Below, one piece after another: positions 41,821-52,937 of a stretch of 64,000 nucleotides of DNA. The first letter of the stretch is position 1. Every line of letters starts with the position of its first letter. Origin of the DNA: Octopus vulgaris (lineage: Eukaryota); the NCBI GenBank assembly GCA_951406725.2, contig OX597828.1, positions 10,602,001 to 10,666,000 on the forward strand, in the 5' to 3' direction. The translations under genes were made by a program, and so were the position numbers. The notes under the pieces were generated by a model. It was given only the letters and a program-made list of their open reading frames with translations, was not told the DNA's origin and searched no databases.

Positions 41821-42582
41821 TACGGAGTAAGGTAGGTGTTTGTTCTGTCGTTATCATTCAGACCTCCCAATATTTCGGTTGCATAAGTTCACAAATTTCT
41901 AATTGTACAATTACGAACGGTCATTTTACCAGTAAAGGAAGGTGTCTCTCCGATAAGATCAATTAAATCTCCCTCACATTACATTATTATACGAAAACAA
42001 CGTGAAACACTCATGGTCGGGATGCGTTGATCATAGATATGCTCTCTAAAGGCAATAAATAACGTAAAATCACAATAGATACCGTAAAATTCAAGTGCCA
42101 GATGGATAGCAGTTTTGAAAGTAAAGTTTTCTATGGTATGATTTGAGCCCTTGTCATTGAGACTAAATAGTGGAATGAATTTTGTAATCATTTGATCATT
42201 GGTATGATTTCTTCTTTGTTAGATCTCTGTGCGAATTTTTTTCTTCTGGTCTCACTGCGGTTTAAAAGTTCGCTTCCCAGCGACTTGATTGCAGGTTCGA
42301 TTCTCCAGGATAGTACTTCGGTTAAGAAAGCTGTGAAGAAGCACTCATCGAAAACGTTTCTTATATATCAGGTGTTGATGTAAGCCCTCACCTTGTTTTT
42401 CGTTTGCTACCTCATCATTGATATTTCATTTCCAATCGGCATAAGTTACAGGGCGACTCAAAGGACGAGAGTTTCGAGCGTTGGTATGGTAATATAAATG
42501 TAGGAAATACTAGGCTCTTCGGTCTCTCAGTAACTTCGTCCGATTATTTTTATTATCATTCTTCTTCTTCTTCTTCTTCTTC

Positions 42583-42709
<127 letters not shown>

Positions 42710-42892
42710 CATTATTATTATTATTATTATATGCATATGTATATATCAAGATTAATCAGCCGAAATTGCGAAGATGATCCGGTTCTTAACTGATGATTGA
42801 GGGCTTCGAATGTCCCGTCCGTGTTTTTTGTGTCGTCTTCTAAATGTTTCACGTTCTTGTCCCGTTTGTATATATGTATTTTTTACTTTTAC

Positions 42893-42932
<40 letters not shown>

Positions 42933-43261
42933 GAACCCCTTCGGTCATGAATGACCATGGGATTGCACCTAGAAAGTTACCCTCCTAGACACAAGTCCGG
43001 GCAAGGTTGTTTATGGAAGACCAGCAGTCGCCCATGCATACCAGCCTCCCCTCTCCACACCACCAGTGTTATCCAAGGGAAAGACAAAAGTCGATACAGC
43101 TTGGCACCAGTGACGTCGCAACTCATTTCTACAGCTGAGTGAACTGGAGCAACGTGAAATAAAGTGCCTTGCTCAAGAACACAACACGCAGCCCGGTCCG
43201 GGATTCGAGCTCACAACCTCACGATCGTAAGCTCGACGCTCTAACCACTGAGCCATGCGCC
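42933..43261 (-). mobile_element. SINE family B, full length
   Basis: A box TGGCTCAGTGG and B box GAGCTCGAATCC on the minus strand. Colinear with 34749-35077. Confidence 0.92.
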
Positions 43262-43306
43262 TACACATAAATATATATACATACATATACAAATATATAT
43301 ATATAT

Positions 43307-44521
43307 ATAATAAATTAATAAATAAAACATATGCATATATACATACATATATGTACGTACCTACCTCTGCATGCATATATGGGTACAGGACACCAAAAAA
43401 TACGTCGAACACAATGAGAAACGAAAACATAAACACAAAACCAAGGAACTGGACATTTTTCTTAAACAACAAAAAAATAGAGTACAGGGAAAATAACACA
43501 AGGAAAATTCCCCTTCTTCAGTCGCCATGGTTTCATCTACTCTGCGTTACGAAGGTGAAGGCGATACGCATCTTCGATAGAAACTTTCCTTCCCGCGAAA
43601 AGCAAATTAAATAAAATTTGAGATCTTTTTGCGAAGAGGCAAAAATGGTAACAAAAACAGGACAGTAACGATAGTACAAAATATAAACAGTAAAAGACAG
43701 GACAAGGAGAATAACAAGACAAGAAGGGCTGTTAAGCCGAACGAGAAAAAGTATTTCGAACGCTATTTTTGAGGACGGCAAAGGAGCAACAGAAAATGCC
43801 GTCCTCACTTCAAGGAAGTCAGGCCAGAAAGACAGTAGCAGACTCTCGTCGCGGGTCAACGACGGGAGGGAGGAGGAAGATCAAGACAGGACAAGGAGAA
43901 TAACAAGACAAGAAGGGCCATTAAGCCGAACGAGAAAAAGTATTACGAACGCTATTTTTGAGGACGGCAAAGGAGCAACAGAAAATGCCGTCCACACTTC
44001 AAGGAAGTCAGGCCAGAAAGACAGTAGCAGACTCTGGTCGCGTGTCAACGACGGGAGGGAGGAGGAGAAGCAAGAGAAAGGGAGAGAAAAAAAGGGAATG
44101 GTTGTGAGGAAACCAGAAAGAATGAAGAATGAAAGAGAGGGAGAGACAGTAAGGTAGAAGAAAAGGAAACCAGAAAGAATGAAGGTTGAGAAAGGGAGGG
44201 GGCAGAAAGGTCAAGAGTGCGCATCATTATTAATATCAAGAACAATCTTACTTAGAAATGGATGCGTGCGTTCCGTCATATAATAAATTAATAAATAAAA
44301 CATATGCATATATACATACATATATGTACGTACCTACCTCTACATGTATATATACACGTATATATGGGTACAGGACACCAAAAAAACGTCGAACACAATG
44401 AGAAACGAAAACATAATCACAAAACCAAGGAGCTGGATATTTTTCTTAAACAGCAAAAAAATAGACTGCAGGACAACTCCCTCTCTCTCATTCTTCATTC
44501 TTTCTGGTTTCCTCACAACCA
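43307..44521 (-). mobile_element. Non-coding element with Penelope-like architecture (direct terminal repeat, internal 189-bp tandem, inverted end)
   Basis: 43307-43488 is repeated at 44281-44472. 43694-43877 is repeated at 43883-44066. 44480-44521 is close to the reverse complement of 44099-44140. Confidence 0.7.
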
Positions 44522-44698
44522 ATTTCTGAGAAGGGGAGCAGTTGATTAAATCGATCCCAGTGCTCAACTGGTGCATATTTTATCGACCCCGAAAGGATGA
44601 AAGGTAAAGTCGATTCCAGTAGCACGAGAACTCAAAACTAAAGACAAATGAAATGCCGCTAAGCATTTTGCCTGCCGTGCTAACGATTCTGCCAGCTG
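44521..44698 (-). mobile_element. SINE family D copy
   Basis: tcgatcccagtgctcaactggtg...atcgaccccgaaaggatgaaaggtaaagtcga...gctaagcattttgcc...aacgattctgccagct. Confidence 0.85.
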
Positions 44699-44909
44699 CC
44701 ACTTGTATGATTGCTGCATTGTTTCCATTTGCTTGAAATTACGGAAATTTTATGTGACAGAGTCATTAAAACCTCATAATCCTTGATGTATCTATTTGCA
44801 TACCAGTTGTTCCCAGCTGAAATTTCGGGCATGTCAACTTTGATTCTCATCGTCTGGAAAGTGAATAGAACAAGTACCCATCAAATAATGAGATAGATAT
44901 TATCAGCTC

Positions 44910-45232
44910 TATTTTCTTATTCTCTTATTCGCTTATATGTTTCAGTCCAATGATTGTGGCCATGCTGGAGCACCGCCATTGTAATCATTTTTCCACATTC
45001 CACCTTTGTCGGAGCGGCTTCTGGTGAAGGATGGAGTTCGATGCTACAGCCCTCTTTTGAGTTTCTTTCTTAGATATTGGCTCCTCCGGGATCTCGGTGA
45101 GCCAGAGGTTAAGTTCACGTTTGAAAACGTCTACATCCACTTCATGAAGGCTCCCCAGATGCTTTGGCAGACAGTTAAACAGCTGTGGGCCCATGAAGCC
45201 CAAACTATTGCAGTATATCGTCCTTGCCCGAG
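44910..45232 (-). mobile_element. 3' end of a CR1/L2-group (Crack/Daphne-like) LINE
   Basis: ORF 44985..45203 contains GPQLFNCLPKHL...FKRELNLWLTEIPEEP, matching the ORF2 C-terminal W/FN.LP...FK..LD..L motif. A short 3' UTR and (gaataa)-type terminal repeats follow. Confidence 0.8.
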
Positions 45233-45884
45233 ATGAAGCAGGCGGCGTGAGAGCATGGCCACAATTCTATTACTGAAATCATAAAAAAAAATTAACAAAT
45301 CCGTATGAAACCAAATCAAAACTCTCTCTAAGCAGATATAGTTTCCAATTCAACTATAACAAATGCTGAGTGACTTACAAATATGCATTCTCCAGAAAGT
45401 ATATTTATTTTTTCGTTTTAATCATTGGAATTATAATGAGGTATTATATTGAGGTTCCACCCTGAAGGATTTAGTCCAACAAATCCACCCCAGTAATTAT
45501 CATTTTAAGTATGATATTCTCCCGGTATGTTTTTCTGTTAAATTGATGGTCGTAAAATACACCAACATCGGTCAACAAGTGGTGGTGGCGAACGTATGCA
45601 CACACAGCACAGGCACACACGTGCACATAAAGACAAGCGTGAGCACGCGCGCATGCACGCACATACACACGCACATACACAACCACACACAAACACACGT
45701 ATAAAAACTAGAAACTGGGAAAATTGGCATCATTGTTTCACCATTATGCGTGTTTCATTTGCCAATAAGATTCTTCAAGCAGGGACTCAAGTAATACAAA
45801 ATTTACACTTGGATTAAGCTTTTGTATATAGTCATTAATCAGGACTCCTATAGATAGTAAGAAGGGTGATAAAGAAAATATATA

Positions 45885-46265
45885 TCTCTCTATATATAAA
45901 GCTGAAGTTGTCTGTTTATCGCAGGTTTGGTTGCCTTCAACTAACACTATCTCCTCCGAGACCCTGCGACACAAGTTGACCAAAATTGAGTGTATGATGG
46001 AAGAAGGCTTGCTCTTCCTTCCGTAGAAGACAAAAAACAAATCGGACCATATTAACACCAAAATTTATTTACATCAAAAACGTGCTTTTTTTCTATGAAA
46101 ATCCCTATTTTTTAACGATTTTTTGACTGCTGTGTCGCCATTTTTCGGTGCATTTCAACCAGAAAAAAAAAATAACAAGTTACATAAAGCAGAATTTTTA
46201 CTTTTCAAAAATTCCAATTCTGAAGTGTCGAAACAAACCCGAGCAACGCCGGGCGATACTGCTAG
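45885..46265 (+). mobile_element. Non-autonomous Helitron
   Basis: The 5' end is A|TCTCTCTATATATAAA. A subterminal GC hairpin cccgagcaacgccggg (46238-46253) precedes the 3' end CTAG|T. No TSD, and insertion is between A and T. Confidence 0.85.
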
Positions 46266-46859
46266 TATAATATAAAAGAGAGAGTGAATTTTAGAGATGG
46301 ATGCAATAAGCTGAAGTACTTACACATTCAGAATTGTATGTATACGTATGTGTACGCACATAAAACATATACACATACATATTCACATACATGCACATAT
46401 ATACACGCATACACAAACAAATATATAAAACTCATACAAGCATACAGCTATAAACAGATCTGTACACATGCAAATACATTCATACTTACATATGCACACA
46501 TGCACATAGAAAGCAACCGATGAATCTCGTCTAGATCCAACCTGGAAATAACTCGGGTTCTCAGAAATTCTGCAGTGTTGTCCAGCGTACAGGAAGACCA
46601 CTGGGAGTGATGCACTTCATATCTTTTGTTAAGGCATGACTTTAGAAGTTTGCACTCATACAAAACCAGATATGAAGGAATTGCAATGAAACTTTTGGAA
46701 ATCACCTGCTTGTGCTTGAAATCATAGAGCTAACATATTCCTGAGCCAGCGACCCATATTGGCACTATATATATATGGCTTATATCAGTAGGGTGGAGAG
46801 GGTCTCTGAAATGCTGTGCATGGCCTACTGTACCTAAATGTTTCGAGCGTGCAATTTCA

Positions 46860-47040
46860 GGAGAGGCAACCATCCGATGCCCGATTGAGTAATTGGGGGC
46901 TGTGGAAAGCATAGAGGCCACAAAAGCGAAACCGTGGGAGCCGACCGCTGATAATATAACCTCATGGATGGGCATTGCTATCGATCTGCATGGGCAACGG
47001 TCAGTAATGGTCATCCCCGGTAACAAGTGTAGGGCCATCA
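46860..47040 (+). pseudogene. Possible RTE-clade LINE C-terminal remnant
   Basis: ...DNITSWMG resembles the W.DNI..W.G motif at the end of RTE ORFs. Weak. Confidence 0.3.
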
Positions 47041-47204
47041 TCTTATCATATACACAAAATAATAATCAAAATCACGCACTCACATATGTACATACATAAA
47101 TCCATATCTATCCACACATACACTCAAAACAAAACGAAACATATATATATGCAAATACACACGCATGAATACGTACACCTACACACGCACGTTCCTCGCT
47201 CACG

Positions 47205-47392
47205 CATACATATGCACATTCAATTGCTCGAAATATGTAGATAAAGAGCCAGCAACTGATGAAAGGTCGTTCTTTATTTTACTTGTCTTGTTTTCCATTT
47301 GCTTCCATCCTTGTTCGTAAAAAAGAATTCGTATTCCATGTTTTCGTATTTCGTATTCATGTTGTTTACATTTCATTACGTCCTGTACCCAT
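47205..47392 (+). repeat. Relative of the 43307 element terminus, with split hammerhead-like motifs
   Basis: Ends gtcctgtacccatatat, the reverse complement of atatatgggtacaggac at 43375 and 44360. Contains cGAAA...CTGATGA. Confidence 0.55.
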
Positions 47393-47492
47393 ATATATAT
47401 ATACACACACATACATACATACATACATATATATTCATATATATATATATATATATGCATATATGTATGTATATACATATATGTATGTATAT

Positions 47493-47538
<46 letters not shown>

Positions 47539-47659
47539 ACGTGCACATGCATTGATGGACGCATTCACACGTATACGCTTAACACATATATGGACAAACG
47601 CACAAACACACATCTATACATACACACATGTATACATACGTATATACATACATATTCTT

Positions 47660-47900
47660 TTGTTCTTTATATGTTTCTCTTATTTGAGTGCGGCCATACT
47701 GGAGCACAACTTGAAGGGGTTTTATTCGAAGAAATCGAGCTCAGGATTTTGTAAGCTTAGTACTTATTCTATCGGTCTGTTAAGTCAAACTGCTAAGTTA
47801 CGGGGAAATAAACATACCAACAACGGTTGTCAAGCTATGTTTGGGAGACACACTGAGACACTAAGACATACACACACATCACACAACCACTCCTGCGCCT
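47660..47900 (-). mobile_element. SINE family A, diverged and internally deleted
   Basis: Tail gcggccatactggagcac..., body agtacttattctatcggtc and head accactcctgcgcct. Confidence 0.75.
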
Positions 47901-47942
47901 ATATACATATATATATATGCATATACATATACATATGTTTAC

Positions 47943-48018
<76 letters not shown>

Positions 48019-48032
48019 ACACACATACATGC

Positions 48033-48074
<42 letters not shown>

Positions 48075-48339
48075 TTATGTATGTATGTATAATTTTGTAA
48101 CTCCTATTTTCAAATGAGACACATGTAATGGTGAATAAACAATACCAAACATTTTTTTCCATTCTTCTATTCTATGTAATTATTCTGGAAAACTATTTTC
48201 CAGTATTTCCAACTCTCATGCAAGTCTCACACTATTACAACACCTACATACAATCTTGGTATACTGGAATATGCAGATGTGCTTCATGAAAGCACAGCTT
48301 GGATTAGAACCCTATCTCCAAATACACACACATACATAC

Positions 48340-48495
48340 TTATGACTGGCTCCACAGTGTATCCGTCTACTAAGTACACTCATAAATTATTGACTGCCAC
48401 TGAATTTTAGAAGTCATTTGCCGTAAAGTGCAACGCAGTGGGATTGAGCCCAGAACCACGCTTTCGCAAATGGAGCTTCTTAGCTTCACAGTCAT
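48340..48495 (-). mobile_element. Old SINE family A 5' fragment
   Basis: ccgtctactaagtacactca...gtgcaacgcagtgggattgagcccagaaccac. Confidence 0.6.
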
Positions 48496-49810
48496 GAATT
48501 ATTAATTTCAAGTATAAACTGAAATTTGCATCCGTATATCATTCCGAAAGTTAAAGAGTTTCTAGGTTTGAAATGAAGCTTAAATGATGTATGGGTGCGA
48601 TATTGCTACACGACTGGCGTTATATGGATTTTACACTTCAGATATCTATACTCTAGTTATATCCAGTATAGTTTTATGTTATAAACATTTAGGAAATAAC
48701 ATTGCATATGCTATGTCCCGGCTTGATATATAATTTAATTGCTTAACGTAGCATTGATATTATACAACATCTTCTTAGATCCCCATACAATTACGCTAAT
48801 AAGAAAGCTTATTAGATGATATGTCATTCCAAATTAGTGGTTTTGGGATTTAATCATTATAATCTTCAGTCACTTTGATAATTAGCACTCTAAATTAACC
48901 CTATTAAATTGAGGATGTAAATGTTTCTGAAATACAATTGCTTACAATAATAGTTATCTTTATGGCAACAGTATCCATTGATTATTGTAAAATGTTAATA
49001 TGAATATGAATCGTTTGCATCACCTCACAAGACTCAAACTCGTATTATATGTAAATTACTATTGCTAACTTTTACCCTACATACTGCTGAAGTTACAGTT
49101 TTATGTGATGAAAAAGTGTGAGCTTATTGCTGCATGATAAGGTCTAACAGACAGAAAGACCACCGTATTTGTTATCCTCAGCTGCAAGGATCAGATTGCC
49201 CTTTTCCTTCAGCCATATGAAGTAAAGTGAATAACATCAATGTGGAACATTAACATCGATATTATATGTATCAGTCTTAATACTGAGTGACTGTTTATCG
49301 AAGACAAAAAGCTGAAGAAATATTAAAGACGATGGCGAGAGTTTAACATTTATAGAATTCATGAAGAAATAGGGAAACAAAATTTCAGTGTATGTCTGCG
49401 TGTGTGTGTATGTGTATACGCACGCATGCGAGAATGTTTCACCGGGATAAATGAGAAATACTAGTGAAGGTAAGAATAAAAGATCCTCTCAGATCTCAAC
49501 TCGGATCAGTTGCTGGCCATCACGTTACGGAACGTCTGCTACTCCATCTTCTGAAATTATATTTAAAATAACTGAAATTTTCTATTATATTCACTGTACT
49601 AATTTGGCCACCACCAGTCTCTCAGTGGTAGCCGGATAGATTATTTAGATAAAGTACACCATTGCACGGAGTACTCCCGTCGAGCGAATTTTTGCAATAA
49701 AAGTAGTCCCCGTATTCAAATTCAGTTGCTTTTATATTAAAATATAACCACCTACGTGAAACAGGAACTCAATAGTATAGTGCAGGGAATTTACTAACTT
49801 TAAATTTTAG

Positions 49811-49939
49811 TACAGTTCTATATTTAAGAGATGAGGAATTATGGACATTATTTACATTTGACGCCCACGGGCATATGGCGTACTGGTTAAGAGTGCAGGT
49901 TACTAACCCCAAGATTCCGAGTTCGATTCCAGGCAGTGA

Positions 49940-50003
<64 letters not shown>

Positions 50004-50130
50004 TTCGAAAAATAGCATTTTTCGAAATTTTCCCAGGACACCTGATGAAGGGAGGAGAGTATATCAGCCGAAACGTTGTGTTAACAACAAACAAGATGAG
50101 GACAAATATCCGTAAAATGTAAATAATGTT
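49811..50130 (+). mobile_element. Small non-autonomous retroelement: inverted end, tRNA-like head, (TAA)n, hammerhead, bounded by a TSD
   Basis: taaattttag is duplicated at 49801-49810 and 50131-50140. 49845-49863 and 50111-50129 form an inverted repeat (18/19). A box at 49876-49886, B box at 49919-49930. Confidence 0.85.
50037..50082 (+). ncRNA. Minimal type I hammerhead ribozyme motif (PLE-type; stem II partly mutated)
   Basis: Stem I gacac (50037-41) pairs with gtgtt (50078-82). Core CTGATGA (50042-48), stem II gg..g/c..cc, GAAAC (50070-74), cleavage triplet GTT. Stem III is the palindromic AACGTT. Confidence 0.7.
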
Positions 50131-52169
50131 TAAATTTTAGAAACAGATTCTTGTGACAGTGTTATTTTGGTATTGATATAGTTTAGTCTATTGGTGCGGG
50201 TGAAACGGTAGCCCAATGGCCTGAATCACCAGTAGTATTTACCTCTCATCGCACAAATACCGCCATAGATCTGCTTTTATCTCAGAGTTCAGTAACCACT
50301 CATTTACGGATATTCGTCCATGAATTATACCCTTCCTACTAAACAATCGTTTGTTTATCTTTACCAGTGTTATAGCCTTAAAACAACTTCAATTAAGATG
50401 ACTCAGGAGCCCATACGATGCAGTTATTTCCGTTCCGTATTTTCATCAAGCAATGTGTTTCTAACCGATGTGACCTGGTAGTATGCAATGTTTGGTAGAT
50501 GCGGCTGCTACGTCTTAAAGAACGAGTAACCACGTAGATTAAGCTGGTGAAGTGCCAGAAATAGGTGTGCTAATGTGGTAGTGAGTCTTCAGTACAAAGC
50601 TAGTGTTGTGTGACTTCTGGGAGATTCTAGTGGGTGCAGACTCGCAAAGACTTCTCCGTTCATTAAGGAAACTGCATGTCATAAAACTGCTGTCGATTCA
50701 TTCGACTATATGCTTACCTCATAAATCTACTTTTATATAAAAATGTGTGTGTATATTTGTGTGTGTGTGTTTGTGTATGCTTATTTGTACACATACGTGT
50801 GTGCATGTACAACTAAAAAAAATACAATATATTATTACAACGCAGATTCTTCAGGTTAGATTATAAATATATAGCTTAAACTAGCCTAATCTAAGACGCG
50901 ATCCACATCGTTTTGCTGTAATAGACACGAAATCGGTGAGCAGCATTAGGTTGCGTTCCGTTAATGCTTTCGTTATCGACGTACTGATCCGGAAGGAAGT
51001 GGACTGGTTAGAAATCTAATATTTTCAAGATTATGCAGACAGAGAGCGATAGAAACGGGAATTGATTGTGAGCCAATTCCGTCTTATCGTAATACCTGCA
51101 TCTCTCTGATAGGACAGCAGTTCTGCCATTACTTAAAGCCAAGCCAAATAGCTGCCAGCATTTGGTGACGCTGGTTGACCACGTGGTGAAATACGTCTCC
51201 GTTGTCCTGGTAATACACAAATTAAGTATCTCGTCTCAAAATCCCCCTTTGTTTCCTTAGGTTTTATTTCATCGTTTTTATTTAGTTTTCAAATTTGCCA
51301 TCAGTTTTACATCTGAAATCAATTTCTCATTGTTCCATTTCTCATTCTGATGCTGTCTTCTACTTCCCTTCCTCCCCTCCATCTCTTTTCATTTATTTAT
51401 TTAACTATTTATTTATTGCCAATATTTTTACTTTTATATTTCTTTCTTTCTGTTTATCAGTTCTTCCTTTTGTTTCCTCTATTTGCCATCCATTTCTCCA
51501 CTTCTATCTTCCTCTCTCTCTTTTAATGCACTCACTCTCTCTCTATCTCAATCTCTCTCTCTCACTCTCTATCTCACTCTAATTCTATCTCACTCTCTCT
51601 CTCACTCATTCTCTTTCTCTCTCTTTCTTTCTTTCTTTCTTTGTCTCTCTCTCTATCTCTCGCTCGCTCTATTTATCTAGTTATCTAGCTAGCTAGCTAT
51701 CCGTATATGTGTGAGTTTGTATATGTTTGTGTCTGTGGTGCACCCGCGTGTGTGTGTAATCTTTGTCATTTGCTTTTTGTCTTTCAATTTGTGTATTTTT
51801 TCGTTGTTAATTTCAACGTAGCACAATTTTATTATTATTTTTGTCTATGTTTTCGCCCACATCATTATCACCTCATCAACTTTGGTCACAAACTGATGTA
51901 TTAATACAATGTGTAAATGCATCTAAAGCTTGTGTGCTTACTTCAGTGCATACCATTTCTTTTTACATTCCAATATCATAGATTCTTCGTCATTATCGAC
52001 GATGACCGCCAATATATCAAGTCCCGAGTTTCAGAACGGATAGATCGCAAGGAAGATAAACTGATACAGATGCTGTGATTTTATTGTGGATAATAATGTA
52101 TAGAAACCTGGTGTTACGTTTAACAGCAAACTGGTATCTCAGATGCAGTCAACACTGATTTGTCGGAGC

Positions 52170-52600
52170 TCTAGTGACCTAAAATGAGGAGAGTATTTCA
52201 TTTTGCTAAGCCTATCAGGGAGCCCAGAATTTCACAAGTCTGACTGTTCTCATTCCATACAAGATAATCTACCATTCTCCTTGATGGTGGTGTTTCTGAA
52301 CTAGACTTCCCAGTAGATATTCTTGATGATGTTTAGGTGTCCCACCATGATTGTATGCAGCTGTCTTAGGTTTAGAGCAACATAACGTTCATTCCTCTCC
52401 ACCATACAGTAGGATGGAAAATAATATCACTCCCCACATTTTTGACTTTAGATTGAATATCATAGGTTCTTCGTTGGTATCGACGATTACCGCCAAAATA
52501 TCAAGTCGCGAGTTTCAGAATGGATAGATCTCCCTTGGAGATTACAAATTTTCGTTTGCTTAGTTGAACTTCCAAATTCTGCGACAAATTTTCGAACCTA
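52170..52600 (-). pseudogene. Decayed RTE-clade LINE, region C-terminal to RT
   Basis: Minus strand reads VILFSILLYGGEE*TL...LRQLHTIMVGHLNIIKNIYWEV*FRNTTI, matching LLYG.E.W......L..F....LR.I..I.W.D...N. Confidence 0.55.
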
Positions 52601-52804
52601 CTGGCTGCTGCTTTCTTTCACGGGTGATCGGTTCAGTTTGTACGCATCACATAGATTTCAACACAAGTTAGCTAACTAAATATTTAATCTGCTTGATGTT
52701 AAAGCCCTAATATTTACATGTGGGAGTGTGCGTATAAATATATAACCAAAAATTGAAATGTATGTGTGCATATGTATATATATATTTATACATGAATATA
52801 TATG

Positions 52805-52844
<40 letters not shown>

Positions 52845-52851
52845 AATACAT

Positions 52852-52937
<86 letters not shown>

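Noticed and set aside
49869-49942. tRNA gene
   Set aside because: The acceptor and anticodon stems pair poorly and the sequence is embedded in a TSD-bounded repeat, so I treat it as a SINE head. The same applies to the family A and B heads.
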